A stretch of DNA of 64,000 nt, from contig CM059432.1 of the NCBI GenBank assembly GCA_030390025.1, positions 96,598,001 to 96,662,000 on the forward strand, given 5' to 3'. Within the stretch, counting starts at the first letter, position 1, and each line of letters begins with the position of its first letter. Both the position numbers and the translations under genes were made by a program. Source of the DNA: Squalus acanthias (Eukaryota). Positions 26,904 through 38,440 of this stretch are shown piece by piece. Below the pieces are notes generated by a model. The model saw only the letters and a list, made by a program, of their open reading frames with translations. It did not search any database and was not told where the DNA came from.

Positions 26904-26986
26904 GGTAGCGTAGTGGTAATGTCACTGGGCCAGTAATCCAGAGGCCTGGGCTAATGATCCAGAGATGTGAGTTCAAATCCCACCAC
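26904..26986 (+). promoter_or_regulatory. tRNA-like internal Pol III promoter (A box + B box)
   Basis: TAGCGTAGTGG at 26906-26916 fits the A box TRGCNNARYGG, and GAGTTCAAATCC at 26969-26980 fits the B box, followed by CACCA. Confidence 0.75.
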
Positions 26987-27233
26987 AGCAGCTGGGGAAT
27001 TTAAATTCACTTAATTAAATAAATCTGGAATAAAAAAGCTAGTATCAATAATGGTAACCATGAAACTATTGGATTGTCGTAAAAACCCATCTGGTTTACT
27101 AATGTCCTTTAGGGAGGGAAATCTGCCGTCCTTACCTGATCTGGCCTATATGTGACTCCAGACCCACAGCAATGTGGTTGACTCTTAACTGCCCTCTGAA
27201 ATGGCCTAGCAAGTCACTCAGTTGTAACTAACC

Positions 27234-30080
27234 ATGACGAAACAAAATAATAAGAATGAAACCGGACAGACCACCCGGCATCGACCTCAGCACCGGCTTC
27301 GGACACGGCAACGGCACACCCAGCCCAGTCAATCCTGCAAAGTCCTCCTCACCAACATCTGGGGACTTGTGCCAAAATTGGGAGAGCTGTCCCACAAACT
27401 AGTCAAGCAACAGCCTGACATAGTCATACTCACAGAATCATACCTTTCAGCCAATGTCCAAAACTCCTCCATCACCATCCCTTGGTATGTCCTGTCCCAC
27501 CGGCAGGACAGACCCACCAGGGGTGGTGGCACAGTGGTATGCAGCCGGGAAGGTGTGGCCCTGAGAGTCCTCAACATTGACTCCGGACTCCATGAAGTCT
27601 CATGGCTTCAGGTCAAGCATGGGCAAGGAAACCTCCTGCTGATTACCACCTACCGCCCTCCCTCAGCTGATGAATCAGTACTCTTCCATGTTGAACACCA
27701 CTTGGAAGAAGCACTGAGAGTAGCAAGGGCACAGAATGTACTCTGGGTGGGGGACTTCAATGTCCATCACCAAGAGTGGCTCAGTAGCACCACTACTGAC
27801 CGAGCTGGCCGAGTCCTGAAGGACATAACTGTCAGTCTTGGCCTGTGACAGGTGGAGTGAACCAACACGAGGGAAAAACCTACTTGACCTTGTCCTCACC
27901 AATCTTCCTGTCGCAGATGCAACTGTCCATGACAGCATTGGCAGCAGTGACCACTGCACAGTCATAGTGGAGATGAAGTCCCGTCTTCACACTGAGAACC
28001 CCCTCCATCGTGTTGTGTGGCACTACCACTGTGCTAAATGGGATAGATTCAGAACAGATCTAGCAGCTCAAAACTGAGCATCCATGAGGCGCTGTGGGCC
28101 ATAGCAGCAGCAGAATTGTATTCCAGCACAATCTGTAACCTCATGGCCCGGCATATCCCTCACTCTACCATTACCACCAACCCTGGATCAACAACGAGTG
28201 TAGAAGAGCATGCCAGGAGCAGCACCAGGCGAACCTAAAAATGAGGTGCCAACCTGGGGAAGCTGCAACACAGGACTACATGCATGCTAAAAAGCAGAAG
28301 AAGCATGCTATAGACAGGGCTAAGCGATCCCACAATCAACTGATCAGAACAAAGCTCTGCAGTCCTGCCACATCCAGTCGTGAATGGTGGTGGACCATTA
28401 AACAACTAACGGGAGGAGGAGGCTCCAAGAATATCTCCATCCTCAATGATGGTGGAGCCCAGCACGTGAGTGCAAAAGACAAGGCTGAAGCGTTTGCAAC
28501 CAACTTCAGCCAGAAGTGCCGAGTGGATGATCCATATCGGCCTACTCCCGAGGTCTCCACCATCACAGAAGCCAGTCTTCAGCCAATTCGATTCACTCCA
28601 AGTGATATCAAGAAATGGCTGAACGCACTGGATACAGCAAAGGCTATGGGCCCCGACAACATCCCAGTTATCATGCTGAAGACTTGTGCTCAAGAACTAG
28701 TCACGCCTCTAGCCAAGATGTTCCAGTACAGCTACAACACTGGCATCTATCCAACAATGTGGAAAACTGCCCAGGTATGTCCTGTCCACAAAAAGCAGGA
28801 CAAATCCAACCTGGCCATTTACCGCCCCATCAGTCTACTCTCAATCATCAGCAAAGTGATGGAAGGTGTCATCGACAGTGCTATCAATCGGCACTTACTC
28901 ACCAATAACCTGCTCACTGATGCCCAGTTTGCATTCCGCCAAGACCACTCGGCTCCCAACCTCATTACAGCCTTCGTCCAAACGTGGACAAAGGAGTTGA
29001 ATTCCAGAGGTGAGGTGAGAGTGATTGCCCTTGACATCAAAGCAGCATTTGACCGAGTGTGGCATGAAGGAGCCCTAGTAAAACTGAAGTCAATGGGAAT
29101 CAGGGGGAAAACGCTCCACTGGCTGGAGTCATACCTAGCACAAAGGAAGATGGTTGTGGTGGTTGAAGGTCAATCATCACAGCCCAAAGACATTGCTGCA
29201 GGAGTTCCTCAGGGTAGTGTCCTAGGCCCAACCATCTTCAGCTGCTTCATCAATGACCTTCCCTCCAACATAAGGTCAGAAATGGGGATGTTCATTGATG
29301 ATTGCACAGTGTTCAGCGCCATTCGCAACTCCACAGATAATGAAGTAGTCCATGTCCGCATGCAACAAGACCTGGACGACGTTCAGGCTTGGGCTGATAA
29401 GTGGCAGGTAACATTCGCGCCACAGATGTGCCAGGCAATGACTATCTCCAACAAGCGAGAGTCTACCCACCTCCCCTTGACATTCAATGGCATTACCTTC
29501 GCCGAATCCCCCACTATCAACCAGGTCAGAGGCTAGGTATTCTGCGGCGAGTGTCTCACCTCCTGACTCCCGAAAGCCTTTCCACCACCTACAAGGCACA
29601 AGTAAGGAGTGTGATGGAATACTCTCCACTTGCTTGGATGAGTGCAGCTCCAGCAACACTCAAGAAGCTCGACACCATCCAAGACAAAGCAGCCCGCTTG
29701 ATTGGCACCCCATCCACCACCTTAAACATTCACTCCCTCCACCATCGGCGTACCGTGGCTGCAGTGTGTACCATCTACAAGATGTACTGCAGCAACTCGC
29801 CAAGGCTTCTTCGGCAGCACCTCCCAAACCTGTGACCTCTTCCACCTAGAAGGACAAGGGCAGCAGGCACATGGGAACACCACCACCTGCAAGTTCCCCT
29901 CCAAGTCACACACCATCCTGACTTGGAAATATATTGCCGTTCCTTCATCGTTGCTGGGTCAAAATCCTGGAACTCCCTACCTAACAGCACTGTGGGAGTA
30001 CCATCACCACACGGACTGCAGCAGTTCAAGAAGGCGGCTCACCACCACCTCCTCAAGGGCAACTAGGGATGAGCAATAAA
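27234..30080 (+). pseudogene. APE endonuclease-reverse transcriptase ORF, disrupted in this copy
   Basis: Motifs PDIVILTES, YRPPS, GDFN, SDH, GPDNIP, YRPISLLS, LDIKAAFDRVWH, GVPQGSVLGP and FIDD. Confidence 0.9.
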
Positions 30081-32191
30081 TGCTGGAATTGCCAGCGACG
30101 CCCTGATCCCATAAACGATAAAAAAAAAAAATTCTCTGCAGTTTGATGAGTTCTTGCATTCAAGACCTCACCAAACTTCTTTGTTTTACAGAAATGAGAT
30201 GGTTGTTGCATCCGAGAATACAACGGCCATCTCTCATCTGCAACACGGAGGTCCGAGACTCTCCCCATACAAACCAACTGAAGCCTGCAGGAAGAAACAA
30301 AGGTAAGTACATTTTTAAAAACTCTTTGCACTTAACCTCAGATACTCACCTCTACACTCTTGCACCCATCACTTACACCACACTTTTGCACCCCCCCCCC
30401 CGACCCCCGCAGACCCAGTACTCGCTGAGCTGAGCTGAGCTGAGCTGGCGTATTTTGGAGCCTTTGGGAAGCCCACAATTGTGAGGGCAAAAAGGGGATA
30501 ATCCTATTTTTTGCCTGTTAACTACCTGTTAACAGGCAGTTAATAGGCTTTAATCCCTTCCCGCCTCTAAGGAGATGGGACCCGGCGCGGGACGGCTACC
30601 CGCCTCCTAGGAAGATGGCATGGAGGCGGGTTGGGCACCTGCCCCCAAATTCTGCATTTTCCCAGCAGTCCCACCTCCATACCCGCCTCCCCAGGGCTGG
30701 CAAAATCGCCCCCCCCGGTTCCAATCTGATTCAGGTGCAGCCCGTCCCAGCAGTACAGCTCCTTCCTGTCCCAGTACTGGTGCCAGTGTCCCAAGAAATG
30801 GAACCCCTTGTTCCCACACTAATGTGTCAGCCAGTCTTTCACCTTCCTGATCTGTCTATCCCTATGCTAATTAACATTTGGCTTGGGTAGAAATCCCGAG
30901 ATTAACACCAGTGAGGTCCTGTTTTTTTAATTTAGTTCCTTCCTTCTGATATTCCCTTAGCAGGATCTCCTCCTTTTTCTTCCCTATATTATTGATCCCG
31001 ACATGGACCATGACAACTGGATCTTCCACCTCCCTTTCCAAGTTCCTCTCCAGTTGCTCTGAGATATCCTTTACTCTTGCACCAGATAGGCTCTCAGTTG
31101 TGACTGCAGAGGATGCTATCTATCCCCCTAATAACAAATCTCCTATGATTACAACCATTCTATTCTGCTCCTCCCCCCTTGGACTGCTTCCTGCTCCATG
31201 GTGCCATTGTTAACATTCTGGCCATCCTCCCTGCAGGCTTCATCCTCATCCTCACAGGTAGTAACTGCATTATACCTGTTAGATAGGACCAGTGTCTGCG
31301 GGACCTTCTTCTCTGCCTCCCCTTGATTTCCCCAACCCTGCTGACTGACAGTCACATCCTCACATTCCTCTGAGGGCACTCCCACAGTACCGATAGAGAA
31401 CTATCCAAAAATTCCTCCCCTTCCCTAATGTGTCAGAGTGTCTCTAACTCACACTCCAGCTCAATGACTCTGAGCTGGAGTGACTCAAGGCAGAGCCATT
31501 TCTTGCAGATGTGGCAATCCGGGACAGTCTCGCTGTCCACAAGCTCCCACATATTGCAATCCCGACACACTGCCTGTGCTTCCATCTCTACTTTTTATTT
31601 ATTTATTAGTTAGTGGTCATTTATTTCTCGAGCTAATATAATCACTTGGAGGTCTAGTATTAAATAGCTAATGGATTTGTTTGATTTCAAATTAATTAGT
31701 AATTAATTACTCTGATTATTATTTATGTATAGCAGATATTTATTTAATGTAAATTGGATCCCTTTAATGTTGGTTTCTTCCACTTAGTTTATTTTGTCCC
31801 CTTAGATCTATTTAGCCTCTTAAATCTGTTTGTTTACTTAAAGGATATTGTGTATGCTCTTAATGCTTAAGATAAATGATAAATTAAACAATTAGCTCTA
31901 ATTCCTCAGGTCTGCTGCTCCTCACTCTGTGCTGACTATGACGTCACTTTTTGAGTTTTCCCCTCTGTCTGGTATCTGCTGCTCCGGGTCTCCTGATACT
32001 CTTGGCTGCCGCCGCCGGCTCTCTCACGCTGATTAAATCTGCCACTCTGGGTCTCCCGATATGCTCTGCAAATGCTACCCTACACTGTGACAATGCCTTC
32101 AATGTACGGTATTCTATAATAAACTTCTGTATAATTAAAAGTTTTACATCTGCTGTGTGTCCGCAGTGTGTGGAAAAGTACGTTATATATT

Positions 32192-32552
32192 CCAAAGAAA
32201 GAAAGACTTGTATTTATGTAACGCCTTTCACAACCTCAGGACATCCCAAAGCACTTTACAGCCAATGAAGTACTTTTCAAATGTAGTTACTGTTCTAATG
32301 TAGGAAACGCGGCAGCCAATTTGTGCACAGCAAAGTCCCACAAACAGCAATGTTATAATAACCAGGTAATCTGGTTTTTTTAGTGATGTTGATGGAGGGA
32401 TAAATATTTGCCAGGACACCGGGGATAACCCACCTGCTCTTCTTCAAAATAGAGCCACAAGATCTTTTACATCCACTATAGAGCAGACAGGCCTTGGTTT
32501 AATGTTTCATCTGAAAGACAACACCTCCGACAGTGCAGCACTCCCTCAGTAC
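32192..32552 (-). mobile_element. SINE body and tail (Deu-domain-like)
   Basis: Homologous to 15270-16672; the minus strand reads gtactgagggagtgctgcactgtcggagg. Confidence 0.7.
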
Positions 32553-33915
32553 GGTTTTGGATTAATGTCTGTTGCACTTACTTGATTAACTCAAACAACC
32601 GCTATCTGATGCTGCTGACAAAGGGTTATGCTTGAAACATTTTCATTACAGATGGAGATGGACCTGCATTTTCTGGTTTTGTTTCAGATTTCCAGAATTT
32701 GCACTTTTTTTATTCATTCTATTAACCATACTGGTTCATTTAAATATAGATCACAACCCAACAGAAAGCTAGGAAGAGCTACCAATCACAAGCCAACAAC
32801 CCACACAAATCCGACAAATAAAACTGTTCCGATGAAAGGTCATTGACCTGAAACGTGTTTCTCTCTCCACAGATGCTGCCTGACCTGTCGAGTGTTTTCT
32901 ACTATTTTAAATAAAATTGTTCATTTTTATCAAAACTGCCAACAAAGAATGAACAATTGTCAAGATAAACCAATCCAATTGTTCAAATAATTCGCTCACA
33001 CTATTTCTATTTCATTTAATTGAGTATACACAGCTGACGTTAAAAGAGCCTATTTTCTGCTCTCCCCCACCCACCCTCTGCCAGGTGTCAGATAGCTGCA
33101 GCATGCCAGCATACTGTGCCTGTAGAGGAAACAGTGTGTTGCAGTTTCTTAGCATGGCCTGGGTGCACTTTGCAGTACAGGAATGCTCTCTGGCAGGATT
33201 TTGCACTGAGTGGTACTGTTGTTTGTGTTAGAAACAGTGCAGGAAATTTGTGAGACTGTTCGATGCTGAATCATCAATCAGGCCTTTAGCATGGCAAATG
33301 ACCACCTGTGCAAAGTGCTGGCCATTGCTTGTGGGAAAAGCTCTATAGAAATGAAAGCTTCAGCAAGAAGTATAGCGTTAATTTTCTGAAATTACAGTCC
33401 TGGTGGGGATCCTCAGTCACCTGGAGTACATAATAGGGATTCATTAAAATTAAAGGATGGAAATGATGGAGATCATGGGGTAAAATTCAACTTCAGCGAG
33501 GGCGCAAAACTTGTGGTAGTGGATCGGCTGTTCATTATACACCCAGCCTGTTTTTCCTTCGGGCATGGTATATAACGAGAAGTCAATCCAATACCATTTT
33601 GTGCACTTGCCAAAGTCGAATTTGATTCCCCACAAGTCTAAATCACATATTTACACTCCCGCTGGGCTAAGTTCCCTGCCAGGAGCATGATTTTTAAAAT
33701 GTCAATTTTATTTATTTATTCATTGGCGGGATGTGGGCGTCGCTGGCAAGGCCAGCATTTATTGCCCATCCCTCATTGTCCTCGAGAAGGTGGTGGTGAA
33801 CTGCCTTCTTGAACCGCTGCAGTCCATGTGGTGAAGGTACTCCCACAGTGCTGTTAGGGAGGGAGTTCCAGGATTTTGACCCAATGACGATGAAGGAATG
33901 GCAATAAATATCAAA

Positions 33916-34114
33916 CGTGAGAAGTCGCACAACACCAGGTTATAGTCCAACAGCTTTATTTGAAATCACAAGCTTTCGGAGCGCTGCTCCTTCATCAGGT
34001 GACAAAGGAGCAGCACTCCGAAAGCTTGTGATTTCAAATAAAGCAGTTGGACTATAACCTGGTGTTGTGCGACTTCTCACATTTGTCCACCCCAGTCCAA
34101 CACCGGCATCTCCA
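33916..34114. mobile_element. 199-bp fold-back Penelope-type mini-insertion containing a hammerhead motif
   Basis: Inverted arms of about 76 bp (33917-33992 and 34005-34080) and a 14-bp TSD caataaatatcaaa (33902-33915 and 34115-34128). Confidence 0.85.
33966..34002 (-). ncRNA. Minimal type I hammerhead ribozyme
   Basis: Minus strand reads TCAC-CTGATGA-AGGAG-cagcg-CTCC-GAAA-GCTT-GTGA: intact core, stems I and II, and a palindromic stem III. Confidence 0.8.
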
Positions 34115-34620
34115 CAATAAATATCAAAGTCAAGATGGTGTGTGACTTCGAGGGGAACTTGGAGGTGCTGGTGTTCCCATGCACCTGCTGCCCTTGTCCT
34201 TCTAGGCGGTAGAGGTCGCGGGTTTGGGAGGTGCTGTCAAAGAAGCCTTGGCGAGTTACTGCACTACATTTTGTAGATGGTACACACTGCAGCCATGGTG
34301 CGCCGATGGTGGAGGGAGTGAATGTTTAAGGTGGTGGATGGGGTCCCGATCAAGCGGGCTGCTTTATCCTGAATGGTATCGAGCTTCTTGAGTGTCGTTG
34401 GAGCTGCACTCATCCAGACAAGTGGAGAGTATTCCATCACACTCATGACTTGTGCCTTGTAGATGGTGGAAAGGCTTTGGGGAGTCAGGAGGTGAGTCAT
34501 GTGCCACAGAATACCCAGCCTCTTGTAGGCACAGTATTTATGTGGCTAGTCCTGTTAAGTTTCTGGTCAATGGTGACCCCCAGGATGTTGATGGTGGGGG
34601 ATTCGATGACGGTAATACCA

Positions 34621-35158
34621 TTACAAAGGATATACGGCACAGAAACAGGCCATTTGGCCCAACGAGTTCATGCCGGCATTTATGCTCCACTCGAGCCTCC
34701 TCCTATCTTTCCTCATCTAACTCTATCAGCATAACCCTCTATTCCCTTCTCCCTCATATGCTTATCTAGCGTCCCCTTAAATGCATCTATACTATTTGCC
34801 TTAACTACTCCCTGTGGTAGCGAGTTCCACATTCTCACCACTCTCTGGGTAAAGAAATTTCTTCTGAATTCCCTAGTTGATTTCTTGGTAACTATCTTAT
34901 ATTGATGGCCTCTAGTTATGCTCTTCCCCACAAGTGGAAACACTCTGAATCAACTCTATCAAAACCTTTCCTAATTTTAAAGACCTCAATTAGGTCACCC
35001 CTCAGCCTTCTTTTTTCAAGCGAAGAGAGACCCAGCCTGTTCATCCTTTGCTGATATGTATACCCTCGCATTTCTGGTATCATCCTTGTACATCTTCTCT
35101 GCACCCTCTCCAGTGCCTCTATATCCTTTTTATAATATGGCAACCAGAATTGTACGCA
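34621..35158 (-). mobile_element. CR1 3' fragment
   Basis: ORFs 34713-34943 and 34916-35160 (CVQFW...LEKRRLRGDLIEV). Confidence 0.9.
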
Positions 35159-35159
35159 A

Positions 35160-37388
35160 ATATGGCTGCCACATGATGCACCGAGTTGGCACCACCCCAC
35201 ACCAACACCATAAAGTATCCCTACAATGACCAAGCCATTCCTTTCACACTCACCACCATTGCTGGAGGTAACATTATGTCTCACCATTCATTGCAACTCA
35301 CTAATTCACTTCCAAAGGTGCACAAAAATGTGTCCAAGATGGGAAAGTGGTTAAAATAAAGATTTTTATGTTTGACAGCACATTAACGGAAACTTTATAT
35401 AAAAATTGGATAAAACACCCAAGTGGCTACCCTTGTGAATCTACCTGTGTGTCAATTTCTCTTCCGCGTACTTCTATGAGGAGCTAGACCTGTGGCTTCA
35501 GCAGAGGTAGAGGCAGCCTGCTCACTTCCCTGCTGCCAAGGAGCTGAAGAGTGCCTTGCTACACATCAGTGGGGCCATGAGGACCCACATCTATGCTGAC
35601 ATCCCTCCTAGAGAGGAGGTGTAGGAGCCTCTGCCATCTATCCTCCATACATAGCTATCTATCCTCCATAGAGACCATGTGCTCCTATGAGTGGCGCATT
35701 AGCTGCTCCATGTAGGTGGCCATCCTTTCCATGGAGGAGCCTACAGTTGTCCTCGCCTGTGGCATGGTGGTGCTCATGTTGGAGATGGACTCCTCCATTC
35801 ACTGAACATTGGCAGACATCACGCTCGCAAAACTTGTCAAAGCCTCCTGTACTTCTTCCTGCACATCCAGGATCACCATCTTTCTGGATCGCCCCCGAGG
35901 CTTAGCGTTTGCATGCAGCTGAGCAGAGCTAGGAGCGTCCTGCACCCTCTGGCGAGGAGCCTCCACTGCTGTCCCTGTCTCCACCATCTGCTCTTGTTCA
36001 CTTGTGAGTTGTGAGACACCAGGTGACAACACCACTCTATCTCGTGTGGGACCCACCCAGGTGTAAGTATCTGCGCTGGTACTGGGTGCGCTTATGTCTG
36101 GTGACGGTGCGCCCTCAAAGTCTGGAGGCTCCTCTGAGGAGTCGTCTTCCTCTTCCTCCTGGACAGTGGGGGGGGGGGGGGGGAGGGGGGGGGGAGTGGG
36201 GGCTCTTGCTGGACCTGTGGGAGAGTAAAGAGATGAGTTAAATATGTCATATGAAGAATGGCTACAGATACCATTATGCACATGATGACCATTCACTGGC
36301 TGCTGACATCAGTCCCCATATGAGTGACTGCTATATGCCATGTAGCTGTATGAGATGTAATTTTGTCACCAGGTTGCTGAGATGCCCCCTCTCTCCGTCT
36401 CCCACCTCCAGCTGCTCGGCAACTCCAGATATTTCTAAAACAGCCTCCTCTGCTGTTGTAAGGTTTGCAAATGATGAAGGGCCACCGCCGGTTCTCTCCT
36501 GCTCCATCTTATTTTGGGCTCTCTTTTCCTGCAAGGAGGGAAAGAGAAGGTTGAGTGAGAGTGATGGAATAAGTGTAAGAATGAATGGGTTAGGTCTTTA
36601 GAGGAAGGCTATGATGGAGTGGGGTGCCAAAGCCAAGTGACCTCCTTGTGTGTTGTTAGTTGGTATGCTTGCACTAGGATGAGGGTGAGTGTGAGGGGTG
36701 GCTAGTGAGATGGGGATGTGATAATGTAGATAGAGAGAGAGAGAGGGGGATGGGTAGATGTGCAAGGTATGTTGGTGTGAGTAAGGATGTGCAGGAGTAG
36801 GGTTGGGAAGGCAGTGATGGGGATGTGATGAGAGGCAGGATGAAGTTGAGTGTGGCTTTGTACTCATGTTTCCTGATCTAATGAGATCAATGAAATGTTT
36901 GCGGCACTGCACCCAGGTCCTCCTGACCACATCCCTGCTGATGAACTCCTCTGCAATCTCCAACCAGGCTGTTTCGGTTTCTTCCACCCATTGGAAGGGA
37001 AGAGTTCCTCCCTGCGTTCTCTGACTCCCTCCATAAGCATATGGAGGGAGTCATAAGAGAACCTGGGTGCAACCCTCTGCCTCTGTGCAGTCATTGTCAA
37101 AGTGTTTGCAGCACTCCACTGCTGTAGTGCACTGACAGCACTATGTTACATTAACCTTCAAATTTAATGTGGCCATGGCCCCTTTAAAGATCTCGGCTGA
37201 AAATGCATCCTGAATGATATCACCAGATCCACACCATTTAATTGGGCTGGGTAACGTGCAGGGCAGGCTTAATAGGCCCTCTTAACGTAAAGTTGTTCTG
37301 TGGAGTGGGATGGAGCCAGCAACAGGGTCGTGACCTGCCATGGCAACCGTCCACACTGGACCCGCCCAGGTAAAGAAAATTCCGGCCC
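35160..37388 (-). mobile_element. Harbinger remnant with a decayed Myb/SANT-like gene
   Basis: APRFSYDSLHMLMEGVRERREELFP, AWLEIAEE...WVQCRKHFIDL and exon 2 EKRAQNKMEQERTGGGP. The terminus reads aaaattccggccc. Confidence 0.8.
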
Positions 37389-37429
37389 AGGTCTTGTTGG
37401 ATGCAGGCACAGACTGCTTCATTATCTGA

Positions 37430-38440
37430 GGAAAACAGAAAATGCTGGAAATACTCAGCAGGTCAGGCAGCATCTGTGGAGACGGAAAGAGAGTTAACGT
37501 TTCAGGTTGATGACCCTTCATCAGAACTGGAAAAAGCTGGAGATGGAACAGGTTTTTAAGCAAGTGCAGGGGCAGGGAAAGGGGGGAGGGGAGGAAAGAA
37601 CAAAAGGGAAGGTCTGTGATAGGATGGAAGGCAGGACAGATTGAGAGACATTAAGAGATGCTGCAAGGCAAAAGGAGATGGTAATGGGACAAGTTAAGAA
37701 ACAAAAGATGGCTCTAGATGAAGTGTAAAAAAAAAATGAATGGGAAAAAAAGAATAGGGGCAGAGGTTATGGTCTGAAATTGTTGAACTCTATGTTGAGT
37801 CCAGAAGGTTGTAAAGTGCCTAATAGAAAGATGAGATGCTGTTCCTCGAGCTTACGTTGAGCTTCATTGGAACAGTGTAAGAGGCCAAGGACGGTGAGGT
37901 CTGAGTGAGAGTGGAGTGGAGAATTAAAGTGACAGACGACCGGAAGCTTGGGGTCACCCTTACGGACTGAATGGAGGTGTTCCGCAAAGCAGTCACCCAA
38001 TCTGCATTTGGTCTCCCCAATGTAGAGGAAACCGCATCGTGAGCAGCGAATACAGTATAATGTGGTCTCCTCTACATTGGGGAGACCAAATGCAGATTGG
38101 ATGACCGCTTTGCGGAACATCTCCGTTCAGTCCGTAAGGGTGACCCCAAGCTTCCGGTTGCCTGTCACTTTAATTCTCCACTCCACTCCCACTCAGACCT
38201 CACCGTCCTTGGCCTCTTACACTGTTCCAATGAAGCTCAACGTAAGCTCGATGAACAGCATCTCATCTTTCTATTAGGCACTTTACAGCCTTCTGGACTC
38301 ATCATAGAGTTCAACAATTTCAGACCATAACTTCTGCCCCTATTCTTTTTTTCCCCATTCATTTTATTTTTTATTTTTTTTACACCTCATCTCGAGCCAT
38401 CTTTTGTTTCTTAACTTGTCCCATTACCATCTCCTTTTGC
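37430..38440. mobile_element. Penelope-like 3' fragment (-, 37430-38058) joined head-to-head to an inverted copy (+, 38061-38440)
   Basis: The GIY-YIG C-terminus is encoded on both strands (ORFs 37767-38120 on - and 38097-38330 on +). Confidence 0.9.
37491..37530 (-). ncRNA. Minimal hammerhead ribozyme in a Penelope 3' region
   Basis: Minus strand reads AGTT-CTGATGA-AGGGTC-atc-AACCT-GAAA-CGTT-AACT. Confidence 0.72.

Larger units (their letters stand above)
26891..30131 (+). mobile_element. Apparently full-length single-ORF LINE (CR1/L2 group, APE+RT) with a tRNA-like 5' head and poly(A) tail
   Basis: Head with A and B boxes; ORF pieces 27234-27848, 27838-28077, 28241-29536 and 29401-29835; AATAAA at 30075 and an A-tail at 30120-30131. 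Confidence 0.9.
25056..30713 (+). mobile_element. Copy of the 11103-11902 MITE interrupted by a solo LTR and a LINE
   Basis: Segments 25056-25108, 26711-26890 and 30132-30713 reconstruct the MITE in order. Confidence 0.85.
22890..32070 (-). mobile_element. Old CR1 5' half (APE region, ORF1 esterase, 5' UTR), fragmented by nested insertions
   Basis: Pieces at about 22890-23231, 24696-25055 (EPDVVGVTKTWL) and 30714-32070 (DGLHLN esterase, Cys-rich N-terminus) join collinearly across the inserts. Confidence 0.75.
33710..34620 (-). mobile_element. 3' fragment of the tRNA-headed LINE family, interrupted at 33916-34114
   Basis: ORF 34264-34500 matches 29401-29835 and the 3' end is the same. Confidence 0.9.

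Noticed and set aside
26904..26986. Functional tRNA gene
   Set aside because: It has A and B boxes but no convincing cloverleaf and no T-run terminator, and it runs straight into a LINE, so I treat it as a tRNA-derived head.
36168..36202. Poly-G tract as a G-quadruplex regulator or poly-Pro coding segment
   Set aside because: It is a low-complexity run inside a decayed transposon exon and homopolymer length is unreliable.
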